DNA of 64,000 bases from Vulcanimicrobiota bacterium (GCA_963795855.1 CAWCIZ010000003.1:800001-864000); one strand, 5' to 3'. Positions 28,830 to 39,323 are shown, counted from the stretch's first letter. Numbers and translations are program-made. Notes: a model not told the origin generated them from the sequence alone.

Positions 28830-29826
28830 ATGGCCGGCGAAAAGCAATTCGAAGCGACGCACTCGCATCTCGAACGCGCCAAACGCGAGGGCGACGTCGC
28901 GCGCTCGCAGGAACTGGGCAACGTCGCCGCTTTCGCGGCCGCGTTGGGCTCGGTCGGCGTACTGATTGCGCCGCTTGCGTCGGCGGCGCGAGGCGCGCTG
29001 ATCGCAGCGAGTGCCGGGCGAGTCGACGCGGCGTCGTGCGCAACTGCGGCCGCGCTCATGCTCGTGCCGATTGCAGCAGCCGCGGCAGCCGCGCTCGGCG
29101 CGAACGTCGTGCAAAGCGGCGGTCTGCGCTTGGCTGCCGTTTCGTTCAAAACCGAACGCCTCTCGCCGGGCGAGAACCTCAAGCGCATGTTTTCTCGCGA
29201 AGTCTGCGGTTACGGCCGCGCGAGCGACGATCGCGTTCGTCTGTGCGGGAGCGGCGATCGTTCCGGCGTTTGCGGCAATTTACGCGTCCGCGCTGCACGC
29301 GGCCGGTTTGGGCGGAGCCGCAACGGCGGCGTGGAGCGGAGCGCTGCGCGCCGCAGCCGCCGCATGCGCGATAGGCGGCGTTTTTGCGTGCGCGGATTAT
29401 GGCGTGCAATTCGCGCGTTGGCGTAAGCGGCTGCGCATGTCGTTCGAAGAACTGCGGCGCGACAGCAAGGAGAACGACGGCGATCCGCTCGCGCGCAGCC
29501 GGCGGCGCGCGCTGCACCGCCAAATCGCGCGCGGTTCCCTGCAGCGCGTGAAAGATGCCGCGTTCGTGGTGACCAACCCGACGCACATCGCGATCGCTTT
29601 GGAGTACCGGCCGCCGCAAGTCCCGGTGCCGCGCGTGCTGGTGCGGGCCACAGACGACGCGGCTGCGCGCGTTCGCGATCTTGCATCGGCGTATGGCATT
29701 CCGCTCGTTGAAAACGTGGCTTTGGCGCGGCAGTTGTACGCGTCGGCGAAAGCGGGCGACTTCATTCCGCACGAAACCTACGTTGCAGTCGCGGAGATCG
29801 TCGCGGCGCTGAGCAAGACGCGGTAA
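28830..29826 (+). CDS. flhB: FlhB/SctU export switch (frameshift near 29200)
   Basis: EKQFEAT...KREGDVARSQEL, LRMSFEELR...GDP, NPTH autocleavage site. Confidence 0.9.
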
Positions 29827-29863
29827 CGTTGCGGCAATATCGCGGTGGGATGCTGAGGGCAAG

Positions 29864-31882
29864 ATGAATCGCGCTTCGACCTATGCTTTTGCGGCGCTGT
29901 TGCTGTGCATCGTGGCGATTCTCATCGTGCCGCTCCCGCCGTTTCTGCTCGACGTGCTGCTGGGCGTGAATGTCTTCACGTCGGCGCTGGTGTTGCTGCT
30001 GAGCGTGACGATCGAGGAGCCGCTCCAATTTTCCGCATTCGCTCCAGCCCTGCTCATCGCGACGCTTTTCCGATTGTCGCTAGACGTGTCGGCGACACGG
30101 CTGATTCTTACGCAAGGCCATATCCCGGGTGGGGCGGGCGCGATTATCCCGGCGTTCGGCGAGTTCGTCGTGCGCGGAAATCTGGTCGTCGGGCTCATCG
30201 TCTTTGCGATTCTCGTCACGATTCAGTTCATCGTCATTGCGAGCGGATCCCAGCGCGTCGCGGAGGTCGCGGCGCGCTTCACGCTCGACGCAATGCCCGG
30301 AAAGCAGATGGCGATCGATGCGGACGTCCACGCAGGCGTGCTCGATGCGGACGGTGCGCGCCGCAAGCGCGAACGCGTTCAGAAAGAAGCGGATTTCTAC
30401 GGCGCGATGGACGGCGCCGGAAAGTTCGTCAAGGGCGACGCAATCGCGGCGCTCATCATCGTGGTGCTCAACCTCACGGGCGGTGTCGCCGTCGGCGTAT
30501 TCTACCACGGCATGTCCGCCGTCGACGCGCTGCAAACGTTCGCGCTGCTCTCCATCGGAAACGCGCTCGTGACGACGCTTCCCGCGTTCCTGATCTCCAC
30601 GGCAATGGGTATGATGGTCACTCGCGTCGCCGCGGACGGTTCGCTGGGATCGGATCTGGCGTCACAACTGTTTGCGCGTCCGGAGATACTGCGTGCGGCG
30701 GGCGCGCTGCTGCTCGCGCTTGCCGCCGTTCCGGCTTTGCCGCGCCCGGTTTTCATCGTGCTGGGATTGAGCGCGTTTGCGGGTGCACATGCAGCGCAAA
30801 AACGCAAGTCGTTTACGGCGGCGCTCGCGCAGCACGAACGAGACGCTGCTAAGCGTCAAGCGATCCGCCGTCCGGAGATGGCGCTCGGGCTCGTCGGCGT
30901 CGACGCGGTCTGCATCGAAATCGGCTCTAATCTCGCGCACTTGCTTGCATCGCCGCTGGCGGACGCGCTGCTCGACCGCATCGGCGAAGTCCGCCGCGCA
31001 CTTGCAGCGGAGATCGGCATCGTGCTTCCGGGCGTGCGTCTGCGCGACGATTTGACGCGCGATCCGAACACGTATGCGATTCGCGTGCGCGACGAACTCG
31101 CCGGCGAGGGCACATTGCAACTCGATCGTATGATCGCCGTTGCGGAAGACCCAATCCTGGAGCAGATCGACGGCGAAGCGGCCTTCGAGCCCGTCTACGG
31201 ATTGCCCGCGAAATGGATCGATCCCGCGCAGCGCGAGCGCGCGTTGGAACGCGGCGCGCTCGTTTTCGACGCGATCTCGATCGTCGGATCGCACTTGGCA
31301 GAAGCCGCGCGCTCGCACGCCGGCGCGTTGCTTGGGCGTCAGGAACTTCAAACGCTGCTCGAACATTTGCGCGCGACCGTGCCGACTGTCGTGAAAGAGA
31401 TCGGAACGGAAGCGCTGCCGCTTTCCGCCGTGCAGAAGGCGTTTGCGCTCTTGCTCCGCGAGCGGATCTGGCCGCGGGATCCCGTCGCGGTCCTCGAGGC
31501 AATGATCGAAGCGGCGCCGGCGAGCCGCGATCCGCGGGATCTCGCCGAGGCGGCTCGGCGCGCGGTCGTCCCCACGCTGCTGCGGCGGCGCGGGGTCGAC
31601 GAACTCGAACCCTTGCTGCTCGATCCCCAGTTCGAGCGGAGCCTCGGCGATTCGCTGGACCCGCAGCTGGCCTCGCGCCTGCGAGACCATGCGCAAGTCT
31701 ACCTCGCGCAGATGCCGCCGAGCCGCGCTGCGCTGGTTTGCACGACGGCGGTGCGGCCGCTCATCGCCGACTTTCTGCTGCGTTCGGGGGTCAGGCTGGC
31801 GGTATACAGTTATGGCGAAATCCCCGCAGAAACTCGCCTGACCCCCGCGAGTATCCTTAAGGAAGAATCGTTGGCGGCTTAG
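29864..31882 (+). CDS. flhA: FlhA/SctV export gate protein
   Basis: RVAEVAARFTLDAMPGKQMAIDAD and FYGAMDGAGKFVKGDA. Confidence 0.96.
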   Translation: MNRASTYAFAALLLCIVAILIVPLPPFLLDVLLGVNVFTSALVLLLSVTIEEPLQFSAFAPALLIATLFRLSLDVSATRLILTQGHIPGGAGAIIPAFGEFVVRGNLVVGLIVFAILVTIQFIVIASGSQRVAEVAARFTLDAMPGKQMAIDADVHAGVLDADGARRKRERVQKEADFYGAMDGAGKFVKGDAIAALIIVVLNLTGGVAVGVFYHGMSAVDALQTFALLSIGNALVTTLPAFLISTAMGMMVTRVAADGSLGSDLASQLFARPEILRAAGALLLALAAVPALPRPVFIVLGLSAFAGAHAAQKRKSFTAALAQHERDAAKRQAIRRPEMALGLVGVDAVCIEIGSNLAHLLASPLADALLDRIGEVRRALAAEIGIVLPGVRLRDDLTRDPNTYAIRVRDELAGEGTLQLDRMIAVAEDPILEQIDGEAAFEPVYGLPAKWIDPAQRERALERGALVFDAISIVGSHLAEAARSHAGALLGRQELQTLLEHLRATVPTVVKEIGTEALPLSAVQKAFALLLRERIWPRDPVAVLEAMIEAAPASRDPRDLAEAARRAVVPTLLRRRGVDELEPLLLDPQFERSLGDSLDPQLASRLRDHAQVYLAQMPPSRAALVCTTAVRPLIADFLLRSGVRLAVYSYGEIPAETRLTPASILKEESLAA

Positions 31883-31902
31883 CGAACACCCCGCAGGCCC
31901 AT

Positions 31903-31931
31903 TTGACCGTCCCGTCCGGGACTGTTAGACT
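31903..31931 (+). promoter_or_regulatory. Sigma70-type promoter of secD (TTGACC-N17-TAGACT)
   Basis: Same hexamers and spacer length as the rplM promoter. Confidence 0.7.
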
Positions 31932-31983
31932 TCTAGGGTTTGGCCCGTCCTTGTGGCGGGTGCTGCTTTTTTCCGCGGTACAC

Positions 31984-33339
31984 ATGAGCTGGAATAGATA
32001 TAAGAATCCGATCAAGGCGCTGGTCGTGCTGGCGATCCTCGCGCTCAGCCTGTGGGCGATGCTGCCCATTCAGAAGAAGATCCATTTGGGTCTGGACCTG
32101 CGCGGCGGCGCGCATCTGCTGCTCCAGCTCACGCCGACCGAACAGGTCAAGACGATAACGCCGGAGATTCAGGCGGACACGATGCAGGTCATCGATCGCC
32201 GCATCAACGGCCTGGGCGTGACGGAGCCGCAGATCGCAAAAGTCCGCTCCGATCGAATCTCGGTCGATTTGCCGGACGTCAAAGATCCGGAAAAGGCGGA
32301 AGCGGCGCTCAAGCAAGTCGCGGTGCTCGAGTACAAGATCATGCCGGACAACGTCCGCGTGGCCGCGGATGCTGCGCTTGCCGCGTGCAACGCGAATCCG
32401 AAGGACAAGAAGGCCTGCGATTTCGTGAACATCGGCGCGTACAAAGCCAGCGGGCCGGTCGTGTACAGCGGTAAGGATTTGAAGTCGGCGCAGCCTGCGT
32501 TCGACCAAAGCAATAACCCGGACATCATCTTCACGACCAAGGATCCGAAGAAATTCTACGACATCACCTCGAAGAATCTCGGCCGTCCGCTCGCGATGTT
32601 CTTGGACAAACACTATCTCTCCGCGCCGACCATTCAAGGCCCGATTTCGGATACGGGTCAAATTACCGGCCAGTTCACCCAAGACCAAACGGCGTCGCTC
32701 GCTAACGACCTCAACGCCGGCGCGCTGCCCGTCGGCATCGTGATCATCGAAAACGACACGATCGGGCCGACGCTCGGCAACATCGATCTCGCCATGTCGC
32801 TGCGGGCGTCGATGCTCGGTCTAGCGCTCGTGCTGCTCTTTATGATGTTCGTGTACCGTCTGCCGGGCTTTTTGGCCGACGTCGCTCTCTTGATTTACGT
32901 TGCGATGATGCTCGGGCTGCTCGCAGCGGCGCACGCGACCCTCACGCTTCCCGGGATCGCGGGCTTCGTGCTTTCGATCGGTATGGCGGTCGACGCGAAC
33001 GTCCTGATCTTCGAGCGCATCAAAGAAGAATTGTGGGCCGGCAAGACGATGCGAGCGGCGGTGCGCACCGGCTTCTCCCGCGCATTTACGGCCGTGTTCG
33101 ACAGCCATTTCACGACCATCGTCGGCGCAGGCGTCCTATTCGAACTCGGTACCGGCACGGTGAAGGGTTTTGCGTACACGCTGTTCTGGGGAACCGTCTT
33201 CTCGCTGATCACCGCCGTCTTCATCACGCGGTTTTTCGTCGACGTGCTCGTCGAGAACAACGTCGCCACGAATCCGGCGCTGTACGGCGTGAAGCGGGAC
33301 GAAGTCGGCATCTTTGCAAAGGCGGGGGCTGGAGCGTAA
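31984..33339 (+). CDS. secD: Protein translocase subunit SecD
   Basis: LGLDLRGG, RINGLGVTEP, GALP, IGMAVDANVLIFERIKEE. Confidence 0.96.
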   Translation: MSWNRYKNPIKALVVLAILALSLWAMLPIQKKIHLGLDLRGGAHLLLQLTPTEQVKTITPEIQADTMQVIDRRINGLGVTEPQIAKVRSDRISVDLPDVKDPEKAEAALKQVAVLEYKIMPDNVRVAADAALAACNANPKDKKACDFVNIGAYKASGPVVYSGKDLKSAQPAFDQSNNPDIIFTTKDPKKFYDITSKNLGRPLAMFLDKHYLSAPTIQGPISDTGQITGQFTQDQTASLANDLNAGALPVGIVIIENDTIGPTLGNIDLAMSLRASMLGLALVLLFMMFVYRLPGFLADVALLIYVAMMLGLLAAAHATLTLPGIAGFVLSIGMAVDANVLIFERIKEELWAGKTMRAAVRTGFSRAFTAVFDSHFTTIVGAGVLFELGTGTVKGFAYTLFWGTVFSLITAVFITRFFVDVLVENNVATNPALYGVKRDEVGIFAKAGAGA

Positions 33340-34676
33340 ATGTTTTTCCGCAGACTCAACTGGAACGTCGTCAGCTGGTTTCGCACGGTTTCGCTGATTT
33401 CTTCGCTGATTATCGCGGCGGGTATCGGCACGATGATTTGGCACGGATTCCAGGGCGGCAACGGTTTCCACGCAAACAAAATGCTGCAGCTCGGCCTATC
33501 GTTCACCGGCGGCACTTCGGTCGACGTCTCCTTCGCGCAGCCCGTTCCACTCGATAAGCTCACGCACTTCGCTTGGGCCGCTGAATCTCACCGACGAAAC
33601 GATCCGCAGCGTCGGCAACCCAACCGGAAACGGCTATGGCCGGTATCAAATCGAAACCGAAACTGCCCTCGGCAACAACACGCCCCAGCTCTGGCAAGCG
33701 CTCAACAATGCCGGAACGGTGGATCGCGCCAAGTCGCAGATTTCCTCCGTCGGCCCGACGCTCGGCCGCGAATATCTCACCAGGGCGGTCGAAGCGCTGA
33801 TCATCGCGCTCGGCATCCAGTTCCTGTACATCGCGTTCCGTTTCGGTTGGAACTACATCTTCGGTTTGGTCACCGTGATCGCGCTCGTCCGCGATGCCGT
33901 GATGATGATCGGGATCTACGCGATGGCCGGCAAACGCGCCGACGACGCCTTCCTTGCCGCGGTGCTGACCGTAATCGGTTACTCGGTCATGGACACGATC
34001 GTCATTCTCGATCGAATCCGAGAGAATACGAAGCTCATGGCGGGCCAGTCATACGATAAGATCGTCAACACCTCGATCTTGCAGACGATGACGCGCTCGT
34101 TCAACACGCTCGCGACCGTCGTCATTACGCTGGTCGCGCTGCTTGCGCTGGGCGGCACGTCCCTGAAGAGCTTCGGCTTCGCGCTGCTGGTCGGTATCTG
34201 TTCCGGTGGTTACCACTCGATCTTCTTTTCTGCTCCGCTCGTGCTCGGTTTCCGCAAACGGCAGACTCGATGCGGCGGCGCGCAAGCGTGCCACGGGCGC
34301 GGCGGTGGATCGCACGCGCTCGGCGCGCAGCGTCGCTGAAAGCAAAGCTCTCGGGGCGCACGGCGGGGCCGCGCGCGAAGACATCGTTGCCGCGCGCAAG
34401 GCGCGCCGGCAAAAGGCTAAGTCAACGCGTCCAACCGACTCTTCGCCGGTGCGCTACAAACGCAAGCGCGGCGATGCGGCAGCCGGAACGACGATGGTCG
34501 AATCCGCGCCGGGAACGTACGAGGAAGAGATCGACCCGCTCGACGCGCAAGCCGCAGGTTTGGACGAGGCGGCGTTCGAGCAAGGTCACGAAGAGATCAC
34601 CCTCAACCTCGACGAGTTCGAACCCGAACGCGAGATGCCGCCGCACGATGCACCGGCGGAGCACCGCGAAGAGTAA
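33340..34676 (+). CDS. secF: Protein translocase subunit SecF with a long charged C-terminal tail (frameshifts near 33575 and 34265)
   Basis: LGLSFTGG, VGPTLG, IGYSVMDTIVILDRIREN; tail inferred from ORF 34206-34676. Confidence 0.88.
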
Positions 34677-34788
34677 GGCGCTTCCACCTCCGACCCGCTC
34701 CGAGGCTGCCTTCGAGCGCCTCTTGGCGGAGTTCGGAACGGCCGCGCACGACGCGGTTTCCGAGCGCGGCTCGGATTTCGTCGAGTCT

Positions 34789-36636
34789 ATGTTCGCCCGT
34801 CAAAAGGAATTTTTGGCGCGCGATGATTTTGCGGGGATCGGCGAGCGTGATTCATTTCCTACGAAAGTCGTCGGCGTTTCGTTCGAAGGCCGGCAGGATG
34901 CAGTCGCGGGATTGCTGCCGGGGCAGCCGCTCGAACTGGTGCGGCACCCGGATAATCCGGTCGATCCGAACGCCATCGCGGTGCACTACGGCGCCCTGCA
35001 GATCGGCTTTCTGCGCAAGCAGATCGCCAAGCATCTCGCTCCGCTGATCGACGGCGGCGTTCGCTACACGGCTCGCATCGAACACGTTACCGGCGGCGGC
35101 CCGAGTGACGCGGACGGGTCCGAGAAGAAGTTCCGCGGCGTCAACATTCGCGTCGAGCGCGATCGCGCGCCGAGGCCCGATGCCTTCGCCGTTCAGGCGC
35201 GTGCAGCCGCGGATCACGACGCATTACGTAGGGCGCTGATTGGCGACGCGCACCCGCACGAAGCGCAATCGGCACTCCTCGCGCGCATCGACGCGGGAAA
35301 GAATACGCTCGCAGTCTTGGGGACGGGGCGCGGCAAGTCGTTCTGTTTTCAGTATCCTGCGGCGTATCGCGCGCTCGAATCCGAACAAAAAACGCTGGTG
35401 GTGTACCCGCTGCGCGCGCTGGCGAACGATCAGTTCGAGGCGCTGACGCGGCGTCTCGACGGTTTCGGGTTGCGCATTTACCGTGCCAACGGCGCTATCG
35501 GCGCGGAGGAACGAACGCTGCTGATGGAAGCCCTCGCAAGCGGTGCGTGGGACATCGTACTGGCGACGCCGGAGTTTCTGCAATTTCACCGGGACGCGTT
35601 CGCTGGCCGCAGTGCGCCGTCGTTCGTGGTGGTCGACGAAGCGCATCACATCTTCGAATCGAAGCACCGCGCCGCGTACGGACAGCTCGGCGGAACTATT
35701 GCGGGGCTCGGTTCCCCGCAGGTGCTCGCCCTCACCGCTACGGCCGGCGACGACGCTTTCAATCAGATAACTTCAGACCTTGCCATCGATGCATGGGTCA
35801 TCGATCCGACGGTGCGTGAAAACTTGCGCGTCGTCGACGCGCGAGGAACGAAAGACAAACTCGCGTATTTGGTTCGCACGTTTGAAGAGCCGGGCAAAGG
35901 CATCGTGTACTGCAACTCGCGGAGTGAGGCTACGAAGACCGCCGACGCCCTGCGAAGGCGCCTGCAGAACGACGTCATGTTTTATCATGCGGGCATGCCT
36001 TCTCCGGAACGGGCGGAAGTTGAAGGCCGCTTTCGCAGCGGCGAAGTGCGCATCATCGTTGCCACCTCAGCATTCGGTGAAGGCATCGATTTGCCGGACG
36101 TGCGCAACGTCGTGCTCTATCATCTCAACTTCGACTTCACCGAGTTCAATCAACAGGCCGGCCGCGCGGGCCGCGACGGTGCGGATGCGAACATTCACTT
36201 GCTCTTCGGCGAGGCGGATCGGCGCATCAACGAATTCATCATCGATCAAGAGGCGCCGACGCTCAACGTGCTGCGCGAACTGTATAAGGGCATGCGCGCC
36301 ATGGCGAGGGATGCGACGCTGCGAATGACGTTCGCGGATATCGCACGTACGCTCGATCTGGACAAGGCCAACGAACGGACGGTGGGCACGGCAGTTCGCA
36401 TTTTCGAAGACGAGCGACTGCTGGAAACCGGCATCGACGACGACGGCCGCTACATACGCTTTTTGCCGGCCGCCGGTAAGGTGGATCTGACCAAGAACGA
36501 GCGTTTCGCCGAAGGCGAAGCCGCACGCGAAGATTTTGCGAGATTTTGCGAACTGATCTTGACTGCCGGTACGCAAACGCTGCAGCGAATCATCAACCGC
36601 CCGATCTATCCCGAGCGCGTGGAGCTGCGCCGCTGA
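34789..36636 (+). CDS. HIRAN domain + RecQ-like SF2 (DEAH) helicase (start approximate)
   Basis: HIRAN: TKVVGVSF...RHPDNPVDPNAIAV...IGFL; helicase: GTGRGKS, DEAHH, TATA, YHAG, QQAGRAGRDG. Confidence 0.85.
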   Translation: MFARQKEFLARDDFAGIGERDSFPTKVVGVSFEGRQDAVAGLLPGQPLELVRHPDNPVDPNAIAVHYGALQIGFLRKQIAKHLAPLIDGGVRYTARIEHVTGGGPSDADGSEKKFRGVNIRVERDRAPRPDAFAVQARAAADHDALRRALIGDAHPHEAQSALLARIDAGKNTLAVLGTGRGKSFCFQYPAAYRALESEQKTLVVYPLRALANDQFEALTRRLDGFGLRIYRANGAIGAEERTLLMEALASGAWDIVLATPEFLQFHRDAFAGRSAPSFVVVDEAHHIFESKHRAAYGQLGGTIAGLGSPQVLALTATAGDDAFNQITSDLAIDAWVIDPTVRENLRVVDARGTKDKLAYLVRTFEEPGKGIVYCNSRSEATKTADALRRRLQNDVMFYHAGMPSPERAEVEGRFRSGEVRIIVATSAFGEGIDLPDVRNVVLYHLNFDFTEFNQQAGRAGRDGADANIHLLFGEADRRINEFIIDQEAPTLNVLRELYKGMRAMARDATLRMTFADIARTLDLDKANERTVGTAVRIFEDERLLETGIDDDGRYIRFLPAAGKVDLTKNERFAEGEAAREDFARFCELILTAGTQTLQRIINRPIYPERVELRR

Positions 36637-36641
36637 GCCCG

Positions 36642-37553
36642 ATGCTGGCTCGCGCGCTGCGCGAAGGGGACACGGTGGCGTTGATTGCGCCCGCGGGTCC
36701 GCTTTCGAGCGAAGAAGAATTCGTGCGCGCCGAGCAAGCCGTTCGTTCGCTCGGCCTCGTTCCGCGCGTCGCGCGCAACGCACGAGAGCGACGCGGTTAT
36801 CTGGCGGGATCGGACGAGCAGCGCGCGGCGGATTTCAACGAGGCGGCGCGCGATCCGGCCGTACGCGGCATCTTTGCCTTGCGCGGCGGCTACGGCACGA
36901 TGCGGATATTGGACGCGATCGATTACGCCGCTCTCGCGGGAGATCCGAAGGTCGTGCTCGGCTACTCGGACCTTACGGCGCTGCTCAACGCGATTGCGCA
37001 GCGTACGGGACTCGTCACGTTTCATGGCCCTGTAGCCGCGCTTTCCGAATTCAGCGAGAATGAAACGGCTTGGCTGCGCGCGGCCGTGATGTCGGCGAAA
37101 CCAATCGGTGCACTTCAATGCGCGCAAGGCGCCGCAATCGTCGCCGGCTCCGCGACCGGACGAATCTGCGGCGGAAATCTTTCGCTCGTGACGGCGCTGC
37201 TCGGAACGCCGTACGAGATCGACACAACGGATGCGCTATTGACGATCGAAGAAGTCGACGAGGCGCCGTACCGAGTGGACCGCATGCTCACTCAGTTGCG
37301 CCTGTCGGGCGCACTTCATCGCGCGGCGGGGATTCTCGTTGGCCGCTGCGCTCGCTGCGATGTGGATGAAAACCACGCGTACGCCGCAATGCCGCTTGCG
37401 CAAACGCTTGCCGATCGGCTCGGCGATCTCGGCGTTCCGGTGCTCTCGGACCTGCCCATCGGACACGACGGCGAGCAGTGGACGCTTCCCATCGGCTTGC
37501 CCGCGCGGATGGAACGGTCGGGAATCGTCATCGACATTGCTGCCGTGCGGTAG
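36642..37553 (+). CDS. LD-carboxypeptidase (peptidase S66)
   Basis: RGGYG, GYSDLT, HGP, GGNLS, EEVDE, IGH. Confidence 0.92.
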   Translation: MLARALREGDTVALIAPAGPLSSEEEFVRAEQAVRSLGLVPRVARNARERRGYLAGSDEQRAADFNEAARDPAVRGIFALRGGYGTMRILDAIDYAALAGDPKVVLGYSDLTALLNAIAQRTGLVTFHGPVAALSEFSENETAWLRAAVMSAKPIGALQCAQGAAIVAGSATGRICGGNLSLVTALLGTPYEIDTTDALLTIEEVDEAPYRVDRMLTQLRLSGALHRAAGILVGRCARCDVDENHAYAAMPLAQTLADRLGDLGVPVLSDLPIGHDGEQWTLPIGLPARMERSGIVIDIAAVR

Positions 37554-37607
37554 CGGAGGGCTCCATTTCATGCGCGCGTGAACCTTTTTTGAGCGATACT
37601 GGGACGT

Positions 37608-38357
37608 ATGGAACAAGCGTGGGTTGTGACCGGCGAAGACGAGGTCGAAGCAGTTTTGCGAAGCGACGTGTTGTGGGCCCGTCCACTCGGCGAACGCGTT
37701 CCCAAGGCGATGCAAGGAACGCCGCTCGCAGCAATTTTCGACCGGCTCGTTCGCATGAACGACGGCGAACGTCACACGACGCTTCGCAATGAAGTCGAGG
37801 ATCGGCTGGCTACGTGGGATCCGGAACAGGTCGCCGCGATTGCCCGGGATGCCGCGCTGCGCGTCGCGCCAAGCGACATCGCCGGGTACTCCGTCGCAAC
37901 GCTGATCGGAATTCGCGAACCGGAACGCGTGCTTCCGGCGATTCGCGACTTCGCCGGCGCGATAGCGGCCGGTGCAAATGATGAAGCCGTCGCCAAGGGC
38001 AGCACGGCCACGCAGGCGTTGCTGGATGCGCTCCCGAGCGGCCTCGATCGCGACGAGGCTGCAAACCGGCTCGGCTTTCTTTTCCAAACCTACGCTGCGA
38101 CGGCGGAACTCATCGAAAACCGGCTGAACGCGCGGACCGATGCGCCGGCGCTGCTGACCCGGCGATATGCTGCCGCGGATTTGGAGATGTTCGGAAAACA
38201 TATTCGAAAGGGCGATGCGATCGTGGTGTTGCTTACTGCGCCGCGGTTTCATTTCGGCGCCGGCCGGCACGCGTGTCCCGGACGGCAAATCGCGGAGACG
38301 ATTGCCGGCGCTGCCGTGGCCGTCATTTCCGCAAATCCAGACCGAATATCCGTCTGA
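37608..38357 (+). CDS. Truncated cytochrome P450-like protein (249 aa)
   Basis: DGERHTTLR, QTYAATAELI (I-helix-like) and heme motif FGAGRHACPG. Confidence 0.7.
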   Translation: MEQAWVVTGEDEVEAVLRSDVLWARPLGERVPKAMQGTPLAAIFDRLVRMNDGERHTTLRNEVEDRLATWDPEQVAAIARDAALRVAPSDIAGYSVATLIGIREPERVLPAIRDFAGAIAAGANDEAVAKGSTATQALLDALPSGLDRDEAANRLGFLFQTYAATAELIENRLNARTDAPALLTRRYAAADLEMFGKHIRKGDAIVVLLTAPRFHFGAGRHACPGRQIAETIAGAAVAVISANPDRISV

Positions 38358-39009
38358 TTTGATCGCTGCCTTCGCTCGAAATGCGCAAGGCGCGGTCGCT
38401 CGCGTTGCGCATCACCCACCGGTTGCGCAAAAACGTCTCGAGCAATGCGGCGCCAAGTGCTCCCGCAACGTGATGCGTGCGTTCCGTCCAGTCCAAACAC
38501 GCGGGTCCAAAGCGGCGGCGTTCGCGGCGCAGGGTTTCCACATCGATGCCCAGTTTCACGAAAAACACTTCGCCGCGTGCGGTCAGGTGAAACGCATTTT
38601 CGCGCAATCGGATGCAGCGATCCCCGACGAGCGTTTGGGTGAGGCGCACGCCGAGGCGCCCGGCAAGGTGATCGTAGCACGAGCGAGCTTCGCGTAGCCG
38701 CTCCATCGAGGTATGCTGATTCAGCGAAGTGACCTGAGCGGCCGGAGCGATCGCTGCCAGCGCCTCCATCGCGTGCGCAACGTGAGGCGACGCCAGTCGA
38801 AACAAGCGCCGGCGGCCGGCAGTGCGAACGCAAAGCAGGCCGCCGGTAACGAGCTTCGCGAGATGCGCGCTGGCGGCTTGAGGCGACGAGTCGCCGCGTG
38901 CAGCGAGTTCCGACGCGGAGAGTTCGCCGCCGTCGAGCAGCCCGAAAAGCATCTTCGAACGCACCGGATCGCCGATGAGCGCGGCGACCCGTCCCAGTTC
39001 CGGAAGCAT
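38323..39009 (-). CDS. ArsR/SmtB-family regulator (long form)
   Basis: IGDPVRSKML...SAHLAKL; ARSCYDHLAGRLG; CLDWTER. Confidence 0.9.
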   Translation of the reverse strand: MLPELGRVAALIGDPVRSKMLFGLLDGGELSASELAARGDSSPQAASAHLAKLVTGGLLCVRTAGRRRLFRLASPHVAHAMEALAAIAPAAQVTSLNQHTSMERLREARSCYDHLAGRLGVRLTQTLVGDRCIRLRENAFHLTARGEVFFVKLGIDVETLRRERRRFGPACLDWTERTHHVAGALGAALLETFLRNRWVMRNASDRALRISSEGSDQIRRIFGLDLRK

Positions 39010-39098
39010 GCCTCGAGTTTAGCACATCGACGCTTAAGCGTCGCGTGAACTATCGATCCATACTTGTCCAGCTCGGCAGCGCGTGTTAGCCGAGCGTG

Positions 39099-39311
39099 TT
39101 ACGCCGCGACGTGAACAGTCACGGCCTTTTGCGAGGGAATCGGCACTTCCTTACCCTCCGCACGAAGTTCGGTAATGCGATAGGCAATTGCATCGCTCAG
39201 CTTTCGGATTACGTTTTCTTCGCTGTCTCCGACTGCGTAGATGCCCTCGATATCGAGCACGTATCCGCCGTAGTTCTCTCGTCCTTTTTCAACGACAACG
39301 GTGTAATCCAT
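39099..39311 (-). CDS. HicB-like antitoxin
   Basis: YTVVVEK...YGGYVLDIEGIYAVGDS...LRAEGKEVP. Confidence 0.8.
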   Translation of the reverse strand: MDYTVVVEKGRENYGGYVLDIEGIYAVGDSEENVIRKLSDAIAYRITELRAEGKEVPIPSQKAVTVHVAA

Positions 39312-39323
39312 AGTGGCGGTTCC

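Noticed and set aside
396..38288. Numerous long antisense or alternate-frame ORFs (e.g. 1005-2408, 2859-4193, 9170-10411, 22575-23828)
   Set aside because: They are shadows of real genes in high-GC DNA, with Arg/Ala-rich translations and no motifs.
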